Source: the human T2T-CHM13v2.0 reference genome, Homo sapiens
Length of the DNA stretch: 64,000 bases
Assembly (NCBI RefSeq): GCF_009914755.1
Contig: NC_060925.1
Reading direction: 5' to 3' (one strand)
In this document: piece by piece, positions 14,900 to 34,054 of the stretch
Layout: every line of letters begins with the position of its first letter
Numbering within the stretch: the first letter of the stretch is position 1
The notes under the pieces: generated by a model
Databases searched by the model: none
Seen by the model: the letters and a program-made list of their open reading frames with translations, nothing else
Told to the model about the DNA's origin: nothing
Program-made: the position numbers and the translations under genes

Positions 14900-15696
14900 C
14901 TATGAACAGAAGGACAAGTTAGTTACCCTCTCCTCACAACCCACACCTCACCAACAAGCAAGCCATCAATTTTGCAGCAGACTGAAGCTGGAAGTCCTCT
15001 AATTCAGTTCCACTCTGACACTCTCTTCCTGGAGATAGCGTCAGATCCCACAGGTTGAGGGCTCAGTCCCCAAGAATGCCCCTTGCTTCTGACGCGAATT
15101 ACAAGTCCCAGTTTATTTCACCTGTGCTTCTGACAGACCAGCTGGAAATTAGAGATCCCATGATCCCCTGCTTGAGTTCAATTAATTTGCTAGAGTGGCT
15201 TTCTGAACCTAGGGAACACTTATGCTTACTGGTTTATTATAAAGGATATTACAAAGGATACAGGTGAAGAGATGCATAGGGTGAGGTATGGAGGAAGGGT
15301 TGTGGAGCTTCCATGACCTTCCTGAATGGCTCCACCCTCCAGGAACTGCCACATGTTCAGCTATCCAGAAGCTCTCAGAACCCTATCCTCTTTTTTTTTT
15401 TTTAAGCTTCATTATGTAAGCATGATTGACTAAACCTTTGGCCATTGGTGGTCAACTTAACCTTCAGCCCCTTTCCCCTCCTTGGAAGTTGAGGGGTAGG
15501 GCTGAAAGTCCCAGCCCTCCAATCATGCATTGGTCTTTTCAGCGTCCGGTCCCCATCCTGAAGCCACCTAGGGACTGCCAGCCATCAGCCAACTCATTAG
15601 CATACAAAAAGACATCACTTCGGAGATTCTAAGGATTTTAGGAGTTGTATGTTAGGAAATGGGATCAAAGACCAAATATATATTCTACAATATCAC
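14900..15696 (-). mobile_element. MER21 (B/C-like) LTR
   Basis: GGAGATAGCGTCAGATCCCACAGGTTGAGGGCTCAGTCCC; ends GACCAAATATATATT...ATATCACA. Confidence 0.85.
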
Positions 15697-16434
15697 AGGA
15701 GTCCTTGACCAAACTAGATAGGCCAGGTCTGGCAGACTGTTGCTAGCTTTACCTCATCTTTCAATTTTTCTAGAGAAGTCAGATATCTGAACATTAATGT
15801 GAAATTTTCCATGTTTAAAAAATACTGCGCAGGCCAACAAAACACATCCCCTACTCAGATTCTGCGCATGGGCCACCGATTTGCAAGTGGCATGTGCTCA
15901 TATGTACTTCAGATCAATACATTCTAATACCGAGGCAACTTTTTTCTCAGTAATCTAAATTTAGGGAACTATTCTCAGAATTGCCCATAGGTCTTATATA
16001 ATCTGAACATCACAAGAGAACTCAAATGACTATAACCATAATCGTAGAACTGAACTGTGTCATTCACATGCTGTCATATCCATCACATTTCCAACTCATT
16101 CCAAGCAAATCCTCAGCTGATCCTGTGTAAGGGCTCACTCCTTCCCTATGTGCGTTCTCATCATTTGATGAACTTAACTTTGGCAAGGAGCTAGAAGACT
16201 TAGCTCTTGACACCACAGCATGAGATGGGAACTAAATTGGTATATGACTTGATTCTTGGGCACAGCAGTTTATGTTTTTAACCAACACTCATTCCAGAAG
16301 TAGACTACATAAGATAAGTAGCATACACACATATGCATTTCTTAAACTACCGATTTAATAATTCATTCCCCAAATACTTAATGATTGCATACCATGTTAC
16401 AGAATCTATGCTAGGGGTCGAGCACACAATATTT

Positions 16435-16949
16435 AGACACATGCACACGTATGTTTATTGCAGCACTATTCACAATAGCAAAGACTTGGAACCAACCCAA
16501 ATGTCCAACAATGATAGACTGGATTAAGAAAATGTGGCACATATACACATGGAATACTATGCAGCCATAAAAAATGATGAGTTCATGTCCTTTGTAGGGA
16601 CATGGATGAAATTGGAAATCATCATTCTCAGTAAACTATCGCAAGAACAAAAAACCAAACACCGCATATTCTCACTCATAGGTGGGAATTGAACAATGAG
16701 AACACATGGACACAGGAAGGGGAACATCACACTCTGGCGATTGTTGTGGGGTAGGGGGAGGGGGGAGGGATAGCATTGGGAGATATACCTAATGCTAGAT
16801 GACGAGTTAGTGGGTGCAGCACATCAGCATGGCACATGTATACATATGTAACTAACCTGAACATTGTGCACATGTACCCTAAAACTTAAAGTATAATAAT
16901 AATAAAAAAAAAATAAAACCAGCCCTGAAAAAAAAAAAGAAAGAAAAAG
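16435..16949 (+). mobile_element. L1PA2-like LINE-1, 5'-truncated 3' end
   Basis: Near-consensus L1 ORF2 end and 3' UTR; GAG (not ACA/ACG) in GATGACGAGTTAGTGGG; ATGAAATTGGAAATC. Confidence 0.93.
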
Positions 16950-16988
16950 ACAACCTGGTACCAAACCTCAAATGCTTTTACCCAACAG

Positions 16989-17200
16989 CAGTAGTTCTCA
17001 AAATTTGGCCCCCAGATCAGAAGCATCTGCATCGGCCACTGAGAAATTGTTAGCAACACAAATTCGTAGGCCCCGCCTCAGAACCTCAGATCTACTGAAT
17101 CTGAGAGTCTGGGAACCAGGCTCAGCAATCTGCGTTGTAATAAGCCCTCCAGGTGATTCCGATGCAAGCTCATGTCTGAGAAGCTCATGTCTGGAGAACA
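16989..17200 (+). mobile_element. MER5A hAT-Charlie DNA element
   Basis: CAGTAGTTCTCAAA...TACTGAATC...CAGCAATCTG...AAGCCCTCCAGGTGATTCCGATGCA. Confidence 0.88.
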
Positions 17201-17529
17201 TTTGGGGGTGGGGAACAGGGGTAGAATTCAAATAAAAAACACAGGAGACTGATTTACACATAGTGGCCAGAAAAGCATCTCTTAATAGATGACAGTTGAA
17301 CCTGAAAAATGAAATGGAGTCAGTCCTTGAAGGATAGGAAGAAGAAAACAGGATGAGTGGGGAAAACATTTTAGGGAGAAGCGGCACACAGCAGTGACCT
17401 TGTGCAGACAAAGAAGTCAGCGTATGCAAAGAACTGATCAAAAGACCCTCTGGCTGGAGCCCAGCAAATGAGAAGAGAATGTAATAAGATAAGATTGAAT
17501 CAATGACTCCGGAGTAGATCTGAGGTGCA

Positions 17530-19173
<1,644 letters not shown>

Positions 19174-19544
19174 TGGACTCTTGGCCACTAAAAGTAGCTT
19201 AAATTTTACTCCAAATGCACTAGCAACCCATGAGAGGGTTTCAAGCATTGAGCACAATAGGCTCTGCTGTGTTACAATACTTTTAACTCTGCAAGGAATG
19301 ATGAGAAAGAGGATGGGGGTATAGGCCATGTGGAAAATGGCACCAGCAAATATGGTGGATTCAGGAGGGATAAAGGGGGGACATTTTTGATAGGTTTTAG
19401 AGGTAACATAGTATTTTTTGATAAATTTGATGAGATTGAAGAGAAAAATAAAATATTATCTATATCTCATGGATAATACAAGTGATACTTATTTTTATCA
19501 AGTTAGTTGACAAATAGAAATTTCTCTGGGAAATTGGAAATATA

Positions 19545-20268
19545 TGCATGGCAGATACTCACTAGGGTGGCTCCCATGATTCCCGCCCCAGCATCAGTAT
19601 CTTTGTGCAATCTCCTCCCCTCGAGTGTGTGCTGGACCTGTGGCCTGCTTTCAACAAGAGAATATGGCAAACTTGATGGGGTTATCACTCCCCTGACTAC
19701 GTTATGTTATATCACAAAGGTTGGGGGATTTTGCAGATTTTGTTCGAGCCCCTATAGAGTTAATAAAAAGGAATATATATACTGCATGGGTCTGACCTAA
19801 TCAGGCCCTTTAAAAAGCATCTTTCTCTCTCTCTCTGTCTCTCTCTCTCTCCCCCCACCTCCCCACCTCCCCAACACACACACATAGAGAGAGCGAGAGA
19901 GAGAGAACTAGGCCAAGAGCCCAATGAGCAGAGGTAGAAGTCAGAGACTGCAGGCAGCAATTACTCTCTCTCCATTGCTGGTTTGGAGGAAGCAGGCCAC
20001 CATGACTTCTACAGCTGCAAGGAGATGAACTGTGCCCATAAACCTGAAGAAGCTAGGAAGTGGATCGTTCCTCTCAGAGCCTTCACATAAGAATGCCACC
20101 TGGTTGACATCTTCATTTCAGCCTTGTGAGACCCTAAACAGAGGACATAAACTGTCCCCAGACTCCTGACCTCCTGACTCACAAAAACTGTGAAGTAATA
20201 AATGGGTGTTTTTTTAAGTCACTAAAAAGTTTGTAGTAATTTGTTCTGCAGCAATAGGATACTATACA
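19545..20268 (+). mobile_element. MLT1E-like MaLR LTR
   Basis: GGTGGCTCCCATGATTCCC, AGAATATGGCAAA, CAGCCTTGTGAGACCCT, AATAAATGGGTG, TAATTTGTT...GCAGCAATAG. Confidence 0.82.
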
Positions 20269-20458
20269 TACATACATTTATACACACATGTAATATATAT
20301 GTTATATACATTAACATGTAAATGTCAATGTAGAAAATGATATACATGTATCTATATGTGTATGTTCCTTAAGTTTATCCTCCTTAAGAAAATCAAGTCC
20401 TTTTTTCATCCACAAATGCCTGTGAATGTGACAATGTATGTCTATGTATGTGTGTTTC

Positions 20459-20761
20459 TTTTTTTTTTTTTTTTTTTTTGAGACAGAGTCTCACTCTGTC
20501 TCCCAGGCTGGAGTGCAGTGGCGCGATCTTGGGTCACTGCAACCACTCCCTCCTGGGTGCAAGCAATTCTCTGCCTCAGCCTCCCAAGTAGCTGGGATTA
20601 CAGGCACCCACCACCACACCCGGCTAATTTTTTTGTATTTTTAGTAGAGACGGGGTTTCACCATCTTGGCCAGGCTGGTCTTGAACTCCTGACCTTGTGA
20701 TCCACCTGCCTCGGCCTCCCAAAGTGCTGGGATTACAGGCGTGAACCACCCGCACCTGGCC
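20459..20761 (-). mobile_element. AluS SINE
   Basis: Antisense Alu; TSD TGTAT(G/A)TGTGTTTCTTT. Confidence 0.95.
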
Positions 20762-23700
20762 TGTATATGTGTTTCTTTAGGCTATAATTGAAAACAGAAT
20801 ATTGCTACTTTGACTTTACTGATGGCTAGTATAAGATGAGGTCATTTCTTAGTTATAAAATTAGGAATTTACCTATTAAACAGAAGAAATTCAATTGTGT
20901 TTCATATATGTACTTGTTTCTGTGTAAGAAATCGATTATGTTTCTTCCTATGTATGTTCGTATGCATGTGTGAGTGCATTTATAACAAGCATCCTCAATG
21001 CTTAGGAGGGTTCTCAACCAGCCAATTTCTCACATTACCTCAACTGAGAACAGATAGCTGCAGCAATAAAAGAATATACTCAGATCTCGGTGGGTATCTT
21101 AGAGACATCCCTGATGAAATCTCACAATGACTCTGGGATAGCTACCCTGGGCTCCCTTTTCAGAAGGGCCACCGTCCATCAGCATGGTGGGGGATCACTA
21201 TGGCCATTGACTAACAGAGACAGCAGCAATCTCATATTCTGCTTTTGGAATTCTCTTGACATGCTAATTCCATATTATCAAATATATCACGGGTATCATT
21301 TAGACTTTTCTGTACAATGTGTTCCAGTCACCACTCTGACTTTTGCTTTCAATTATTTCCCAAAGATTTGAAATAACAGATAAACTTAATTTTCATTTAT
21401 ATGCCTTTCTCTACTGCCTACTTCCTTTTATTTGTCAAATGTATGATAACTCTTTAAAATTAAAAAAATACATATTTTACAAGTAAAATCTGCATGAATC
21501 AACCTTGAGTTTTATAATTAGGTGCAATCATGATTTAATGTGTTTAGATTCTAGACAACTTCTCAATCATCCTAAAGAGATACACATTAGCCTTATACGG
21601 AGACAGAAACAGAGAAAGAAGGCCTGCAAATCTCTTACGCATTTATTTTTATAAACATATATTATAAACTTACTATGTATCTGAGGCACCGTGGTGGGGT
21701 GTATAGTCTATGACCTCAAGGCTACCATGTTGTCATGGAAGAGGCAGACTGGCAGAGCAATGATGCAATTACAAATAAGAGCTGATGTGCAAAAGGCTGA
21801 TGGAGATCTGGAGGGAGCAGTGCGGAAAGTGACTTGCTGGGCAGTAGGAAAGATTTCACTCTATTTTTGTAGCACAAACACAAAATCACCCCAATTCCTG
21901 GGGTAAAAATTATTTATGTTGCATTTTAGGTAAACCAATAGTATTCTTAACAGTCTTTAATTTCTGTTTTCTTCTTTAAACTCTACTGCATCCAAGCCTA
22001 CAGAGGACTCAATAGTAGAAGCAATAATATCATCATTTTAGGATAGTGAGACGTGATTGGTGATAGGAGTAATCTAATTAGACAAGCAAAACACTCTGGA
22101 GTCATTTAATATTTCAGTGTAGGAGCTATCAGTCCTATAAACTTTAATCATCAGGAAAAAAATTATTGCTTTGCTGCACACTTTGTGATAATAGCCATGA
22201 GTCATTAAAGTAAGGTTCAATTATGTTCATTATGTTCTATTTAAAACGGAAAGAAACATACCATATTTAGAAATCTTTCTGTCCAATGAGTTATCTTTAA
22301 ATACTACCTAAATAGGTGACCGTTTCAAAATTTCATTCATCAAATATGTCATTTGTTCATAATGTTGGAAAAATAAAATGCCAACATACTAAAAAAAAAT
22401 CACATTACATTTAAATAGTTGATAGTGGTCTCTAAAGTTTTTTCCTAATTTCTCACCATAATTCCATAAGGCAGACATTGTTTCCATCGTGCCACTGAAG
22501 CAACTGACACAGTCACTTAACCTTAGTCATGTAAGTCACCCAGTTCTTTTAACTCCTATAAATGCTCTTTCATTTATCCATCTATTAATTCAATCGACTC
22601 ATTTATTGAGCATTCATATGACCCACGTTTCATAAAATAAAATGGCAGACAGTTTAGGTAATCCTGTAAACCTACAATTATAACATGATTCAAAATTTTT
22701 CTGGAGGTGGATTTTCTAGTAACAAGTGATTCCTAGAGGACTTTAACTCACTTTACAATGAAATACTACCTGCCATTGAATTACACCCGGGAATACTTCG
22801 GGTATTTTGAGAGATAGATGGATTAAGTTGGTACCCTATCCGTGAGTGACACAGGTCCACGAATGGGAAGAACTCCAGCTTTCTCTCTATGTTCCTCACA
22901 TAACCAGATACTTTAAATGACTTTGTAATTTTTTGTTCATCTCTCAGTTCAGCAGGTGAAAAAACAAAACAAAACAAAAAAATCAAATCAGTCAGAGCTA
23001 AGGCATCCTGTGGAGAAACAAAAGGACTGACTCTGTTTCTTTCTTCAATGGGCTGTTTGATATTGTGTAGATTTAGTGTCTGTGCTCTTCTTAAAAAATT
23101 CCACTTAACGACCCAAAAAGAAGAGCATTACTTTCACAATTTAATAAATGGAAAACTGTGGAATAGAAAGGTTAAGTGAGCTGATTATGCTCAGACAAGT
23201 CCTTAGCAACATAGCATTTCTCTGCCAGAGATTACATGAGAAGCTGCCTTTCCATGATTCCCATTGTTTATGCAGTCATTCTGTGTTGTCAAGGCACTTT
23301 TTGATTTTTGTCTTCTGTTTCCTAATTCTGCCAAGTTATTCTTTTTTTAAAAAAAGGCACAGCACACGTGGCAATCTAAAATCCAGAGTTTTTCTTGGCA
23401 TCGCTGATTATGCTTTTGGATGAATGAACACACCGACTTGGATGAGGAAAATGCAAAAGAAAAATAGTAAAATAGTAAAATAAGAGAAGTATTATGTTCA
23501 ATATTTGAAATAATTACAGTCACTCAGGAAAAAAATAAGAGCATCTTAAAATCCATTAGCTAACAGGACTAGGAGGGCAAAGAACAGCATGAAACAGCTA
23601 TTGGAATTTATACCTTTTTTTTAAACTCACAGACTAAACCAAGATACCATTCATAGTTTAAGGCTAGGGGGATAGCAAATTGGCCTCACATTAGAAAGAA

Positions 23701-24621
23701 TTGTCCAGGCTTTGAATTGATAGCCCAAAGACAAAACAAATCTGGCTGTGTGTCTAAAGTCAGCCTTGATTTTGATGTCAGTTAATTTGCTTGTGACTTT
23801 GAAAACTTTAAATTGTTGCCATCTTTAACCCTTGAGAAATGAGTCATCTGTTTCTGTAAAGTAGAAAAGGACAAAATCAGCAAGAAAGAAAATTTTATTT
23901 TCAAAGTTCAAAGAGAATGCAATAAGTAGTGGAGATGATTTACCAGTAACTGTGCTATTGTTTTTCTCAAGAGTTTGAAATACTCTCTTAAGGAACACAA
24001 AAAGCAAACAATTTTAAGAATAATTGTAGAAGTCAGGTTTTCTTTCTCTCAAATTTTTGCAACAAGAGAAAGCCGAGGAATTTGCTTGGCATAACTAGAA
24101 AGGAAAGCATAGAGCAGCTATTGCAATTTTTTTTAAAGACATGATTAGACCACCTTGGTATCTTCAATACAGTTTCCAAATTATTTTCCTTGTAATAAAT
24201 AATTCATGATCAGTATTATTATCCTAATTTTTCAGGTGCATAAACTGAGGCCCATAGGTTTTTATATCGCTCAACAAAGTGACTGGTTTCCAAGGTGAAC
24301 GTCTAGGATCTGAGCCCTACTCTGTGACTCTGTGAACTCCATCCTCTGACCTCTACTCTAGCTCACTTCTTCCAGTGAATCTTCATACTTTGATTGCCTG
24401 CATTGTACTTTCTTTTCCTATACAAATAAAGATGGCTTGCCTGTCTTACTCAGGTCATGGAGTTGTTATAAATATCAAATATCACAATGTATGTAAACAT
24501 GGTTTAGGAATTTAATAGTGAAGAGTTTTTATTTTAATGCATATAGAAAGCATGATTGATTAGTCTGAAACTGGTTGTTTGGATTTAGAGCAGCTATTTT
24601 AGTGGTAATCTGAAAACTACC

Positions 24622-24921
24622 TGCCAAACACGGTGGCTCATACCTGTAATCCTACAATTTTGGGAGATCAAGGCAGGAGGATTACTTGAGCCCAGGAGTT
24701 CAAGACCAGCCTGTGCAACACAGTGAGACCCTGGTCTTTACAAAAAACAATTAGCTGGGCATGGTGCTGTGTGTCTGTAGTCCCAGCTACTCAGGAAGCT
24801 GAGGCAAGAGGATCACTTGAGCCTAGGAATTTGAGGCTGCAATCAGCCATGATAGCACCATTGTACTCTAGCCTGGGCAAGGAGCAAGACCTTGTCTCTA
24901 AAATAAAAAATAAAAAGAAAA
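24622..24921 (+). mobile_element. AluJ SINE
   Basis: GAGGATTACTTGAGCCCAGGAGTTCAAG and other AluJ motifs; A-rich tail. Confidence 0.93.
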
Positions 24922-25955
24922 TTACTAACCTTTGCTTCCTGCCCCTACCACCACTTACTACCCTCCCATAGTCAAGCTGGAGAATTCCAGAGATTTATAG
25001 TAAATCTTCCCCATATTCCCATTCTTCCAGGACACACTCAGCTACCACACCTACCCATACTTTACCTGGAAGAAGGATGAGTGTGAAAGCACCATTCATG
25101 CTTCTGATTGCATTTTAACCTAACACTCATGATATACAGAGTTTGACCAGTCAAAGATGCAAATCATTCCCAAATGTGCTGGGTTCCTGTGTTTAATGAG
25201 AATTATAGGACTTGCTATCCACCTTGAGGTCTGCTGGAGATAAACCAAAGAAAAATATGAGCAACAGCTCTTTTTCATGAATAGGTTGAAAACTTGCCCA
25301 ATAATTCTTAGCAGTTCTAGGACAAGACCCAATTTTCTACTTGCAGCCTTGTTTGAGGTCCCAGGTTGAAAAAATTAAAAGTCAGATACTGAAGCACCCC
25401 ACCACCTTGATTCACAAATGCAGTTTCTATGTGTTACAACCAGAATCAGGATGCAAGAAACTTCAGGACAAGAAAACTTGACTTTGTCCAAAGTGTGATT
25501 TTGTCAGAGATTAATGCTTCTGTTCCCAATACCAAGTAAGAAATTGATTGGTTCAGATCCACAGAATGAGAATGAGGAGGCACTGATGCTGCTGAGAACT
25601 CAGTGCATTGCATGTCACACCTAAAGCACACATTTATTTTTAAAGATCTCAACTCAATCATTCTGTTTGCCAGGCACTGGGCTGTGAGCTTTCTATGAAG
25701 TATTTTAATTAATCCTTAACAAACACTTTTTATGTGGGGGCTATCATTTTACACATGAGGAAACAGCTAGTGGATCCAAAGCTAGAACACACCCCAACAC
25801 TGGGCTATTTGCAAAAAGTTAGCAAAAAGTACGTATCTGGGGACAACTGCTTCCTTCTCCCCTATGCCTTTGTGATCAGAAGGAGTATTTCTATGAGAGG
25901 TGGTCCTGTGAGTGTATGATGAACACTTAAAAACAAACTATAAAGCTCCTTTTAG

Positions 25956-26318
<363 letters not shown>

Positions 26319-28119
26319 TCACAGAAAATCTTAGAAGGGAGATATATGAGAAAAGAGAAGGGATCATTGTCTCCTATTACACATTGGAAGCTATAACATT
26401 CTCTAGCATTTTTATAACATAACTGAAAGCAAAGCTTAGAAGTCAGTGGTGGGAGATGAGTTCGCTGCTACAGTGTAGGTACTTCAGCCATCACAGATTT
26501 GGATGGGACTTGTCTGGTTCTCTGAGTGCCAGCTTCCTTGGTCAAGGCTCCATGAATAGACTCCCAGGACTCCACACATACAGAAGAGGTCAACCACTGC
26601 AGAGGGAAGACCAGGCTTTATTCCAAGGTTTATGAGTTGTTGCAGGCCTCAAGATGCTTGGAGACTAGGAAGGGAAGTGGACATCTGTGTCAATGCCAGA
26701 ATGCTAGCCAGACCATGATAAATACCATAAGAGGGCACTAGGAAAATACAAGCATTCACAGAAAGGAGTGTGCAGAGCCATGGTGGAGGGAAATCCACCA
26801 CAGAGCAGGGAGAGGGGCTTCAGCTGTCACTCAGAGTTAAACCTGGAAAAATCAGATGTCTACCAAGACTGAACTTTATTTAGCGATGGGAGCAGCAATA
26901 GTTGGAGAGGAGGAAAAACCATTGCAGGAAAAAGGAACAGCTACAATCAAACACATCAAGACGGAATGTATGGGACAAGTGCAGAGGCCCATTTAGCTAA
27001 GAAGAATAGTGAACGAATAAGAACAGCTAAACATTTAAAGAGCAGTGATTCTTTTTGCAAGTAATTTACATGTAGCATCTTATTTGGTCTGCTATAAAGT
27101 AGGTGCTATCAGTATAAGGCAAGAACTATCACTATAGCCACTTTACAAATAGGACCTCGGACTTACCACCTTTCTATGAGAGGAGGTCCTGTGAGTGTAT
27201 GATGAACACTTAAGTCAACTGGCTAATCTGCCTAGACAGTAACAGAGCAGATGCAGCCTGCTCCCAGGTCCCCTTTGTTATTATGACTTCCTTTTAAGTA
27301 CAATATGGGAGATAAGGTTGTGAAGGGGAGTTGTGGCCAGAAGTCAAGAGTCCTGGAACATTATCCTAAGATAGGATCGAGAAGCATAGAAAGCCTTGAA
27401 AATGTTCAACAGGAGTTAGATATGATCAGAGCTGAGCTTTGGAAAGACCGAAGCTATCCAGGACATTATTTTAAAAACTGAGTTACTAGTTTGCTTGCTT
27501 GCTTAAGCCCCCACTTCAAGGATGAAGGGAAAAGTGCTGATAGTTATTTCTGGGTCAGTGTCTTCTGAGCCAGAATCCTCAAGTGCATTTCCCCACTCCC
27601 TCTACACTCATTTTAGTTGCCTAGAAGAGTCTTACAAAGTTTTCTAATTGGCTGAGGATCCTAAACCCGGAAACAATAAATGAAAGTCTGAGATTTGGGC
27701 TCAATCAATGTCACAGGAAAGAAGGCACTGGGGCTTATATTTTTACATAAAGATGCTGCATTTGGGGTAGTCAAAGCTCACACATTCTGCAGTCACCCCC
27801 ATTACAGGAAATGGTGGGCCTTGGATATGGCTGACTGTAATATTAACTTTATGAGGAAACAGACTCTGCTCTGAAGACTTATGACCTGAGGGAAAGATGG
27901 ACAAACAGAAGACCAAGGCCTCATGGTGGGCTCCTCTGATAGCCTCCTGTGCTGCTTTCCTCCTCAGAAATACTGAGGTTGGACGTGAGGCACTCTTCAG
28001 CAAAAGGACATTTCTGCCTTTCCAGCACTAAAATGGCCATGAGTAAAATTGATATGTCACCGTCTCACCAAAGTGAAAAACTGAAGCGGACTCCTAAGGC
28101 CACGCATGGAGCAAAACTG

Positions 28120-29780
<1,661 letters not shown>

Positions 29781-30203
29781 ATGTTGCCTAAGATAAAGGC
29801 AGTTTTGAGCTCCTTCAAAGGTATCTGTTTCCTTTGTTTTGATATTGTTTCCAAAAACTACATATCAGGTTTGATACGATACCAGAATGCAGTTAAAATG
29901 TAATCAGTTTATTTACTCAAGATGTGTGGGATTATAGAAACATTTTATCAATTACCATTTCCATTTATAACTTGTGCATCAGTTATAGATCCTATTGTAA
30001 GATTGATATGCAGCCAAACTGTGCTATATACTTTCAGTGTTCACTGTGTAAGATACTAAAGGGCTTATTACACTGTAGCCCAGCCTAAAGACACATGCTA
30101 ATTATCTTCCATCATGGTGCCTGCACTGGCTGTACTTCTACTGAATTGTAAGCTCTATCATGGTGGGCACGTGCCTGATATGTTCAATCAAACAATAGTT
30201 TAA

Positions 30204-30508
<305 letters not shown>

Positions 30509-31210
30509 CAGATTTTTTAAACTTTGGCTGATAAAGTGATTTAATCATTAATCAGTCAGTGTTAAGAGATTAGCCCTCCCATTGGACATGCTGAAAACAG
30601 GCAGCTGGCGACTAAGTGAAGTCTCACAGGCAGAACATCTCCACTAAATCACAGTCTAGCTCCAAGGACCCCTTGTTATTCATAATATTTACTGCATATT
30701 TAGTCCCCACAAGCTCATGATTAATTACTGCACAGATTCGGATGGACAACATGTGACCTACAGTTTCCCTCTGCACAGTAATTGTAGAGGGAAATGTAAT
30801 AATACCCAGTCAGTCTAAAAAGCCTATTAGTCCAATTCTCCACAAAATTCCATGAAAATATAACATCACAGCCTGTTGACTTCCAAGAAATAGTTTACCA
30901 AGAGTTGCCATAAACATTAGTACATTTTAGTTTTAGTGATAGGGTACTTGGCAAATATACATAAAATCATACACACATGAGGCACTTTGATAGGCACTGA
31001 AAAATAAAAGACATACTTCCTGATCTTAAAGAGTCCTAAAATCTAGTTGGGTAGATGCTTTTCATAACATGAAAAGCTAACTAATAGTTAGACATTGAAA
31101 TGAGAAAAACGAAATGTTATGAGGTTCTATAGAATTGACAGCTATTGATGTGGGCCAGGTATGAGATGGATATGAATCTTCAGTGGAATCTCTGATAAAC
31201 ACAGAAAGTG

Positions 31211-31590
<380 letters not shown>

Positions 31591-32030
31591 TCAAAATAAA
31601 AAATTATCAGTCCTAGACTATTTTATGTGAGAAACCCACCTTGACACCTGTTTCTCATTGTATGGCAACTACAAAGAAGTATAATGCTGAACAGTGCATC
31701 TCTAGAGAACAGCTTCCATGTGGGACAGTGTTTCCAAACAGAGAATACATTTTCTATCCCTGTAATTACTCTTCTATTATAATAAGATGTCCTTTGACAC
31801 ACAGAATGGCGTTGTAGAGGAGCACTAGATCAAGAGTCAAAGGGTTTCAGAACTCCTGACTCTGCTGTGAATTTGATGTGTGTCCTTGCCATGGATAGGA
31901 CAGCAGCGCACGGGAGTCAAGAGCTCTCCAGACATACCTGTCATTCACTATTTGTGTGATTGTAGGCAAGGCATTTCAGCTTTCTCAGACTTTATTTCAT
32001 CATCTATAAATTGGGAAGAACAGTGTCTCC

Positions 32031-32520
32031 GGAAACTCCAATGCATGTTAGTAAGTGAAGGAAGCCAATCCAAAAAGGCTACCTACTGTATGATTCCAAC
32101 TACATAACATTCTGGATAAAGGCAAAAATATGGAGACAATAAAATGATTAGTGGTTGTCAGGGGTTAGAGGAGAGGGATGGATGAATCGGCAGAGCACAG
32201 AGGATTTTTAAGGCAATGAAACTACCTCGTATGATTCTATAACGGTGGACACACGTCAGTGTAAATTTGCCCAAACTATAGAATGTACAACACCAAGAGG
32301 GAACCCTAATGTAAACCATGGACCTTGGGTGATAATGATGCCTCTATGTAGGTTCATTAATTGAAAAAAGTGTACCTCTCTGGTGGAGTATGTTGCTAAT
32401 GGGGGAGATTATGTACATATACGGATACGGGGTATAGGAGAAGTCTTTATAGCTTCTCCTGAATTTTATCGTGATCTTAAAATTGCTCTAAAAAATAAAA
32501 TACATTTAAAACAATCATAA
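32031..32520 (+). mobile_element. L1MC-like 3' end inserted in a MIR
   Basis: TACTGTATGATTCCAACTA, AGAATGTACAACACCAAGAG-GAACCCTAATGTAAAC; AAGAACAGT on both flanks; MIR halves at about 31920-32030 and 32521-32630. Confidence 0.85.
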
Positions 32521-32817
32521 AAGAACAGTACTTCGGCCATAGAGTAGTAATAATTAAATGCGATAAATATGTAAAGGACAGCACAGAGCTTCCTAAATAG
32601 TCAATGTTCAATAAATGCCAGCTATTACTCTGATCCTGTTTCTTAGCATACAGCAGATCAAAAGCTGCTGACTGGAATTAAAGGTCAGAGCTGCTAGAAG
32701 TTATACTGATGGTGGCCAGATGTTACAGGAGGATACAGAAGAATGCTAGGAAGGAAGCATCAGAACTCAGGAAACATTTCTTCCAAGGCTATACAGGGAG
32801 GGAGCAAATAATGGTCT

Positions 32818-33109
<292 letters not shown>

Positions 33110-33710
33110 TGCTCTCTATCTTAACAGATCAGGAAGCATCAGTACCGTGCAGAGTCACAACCTATAGCATTGTGATGTAAGAAAAGCAGGAACATTTGCC
33201 TAAGAAGGGCTGGGTTGGAATTCTTGCTCTCTGTTGGTCCCGTGCTAATTCTGGGTCCTTGACTAAGTCCATTCACGTCCCTGAACTGGATCCCTGCCAT
33301 CACCATGCGCAATAGGCACAGCTCAGCTACTGTCCGCTCTACCTCAGCAGACAGGACTAGGACCTTTCTGGCCCAGCCCATCTTGTTGTAAATAACAAAG
33401 CATGCCCCATAGGACTCCAAAGAATAAAAAATCATACTCCATTTGTCACAGCTGTGATAATCACTCACTTTTGCTCTAAAAATGGAGACAGTATGCACCT
33501 CACCAGGCAACTGAGAGAATTGAATGAAGTCATGGCTTACAAAGCATTTGGGACACACAACCCCCAGCTCCGTCAATGTTAGTGTGGCTATGAATGTTTT
33601 CTAAATGATAATTCACACGCTCAGGTGCCAGCATAGAGCTATACTTGCTACTATTCTGACCTGGGTATTGTGCCTCCGTTTTGAAAATTGAGTATTCATC
33701 CCGTTCCTGA

Positions 33711-34054
<344 letters not shown>

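Noticed and set aside
22753-22986. 77-aa minus-strand ORF with local CpGs and splice-like signals on both strands
   Set aside because: The acceptor would be a weak GAG, the peptide is unrecognised, and the + strand alternatives contain stops
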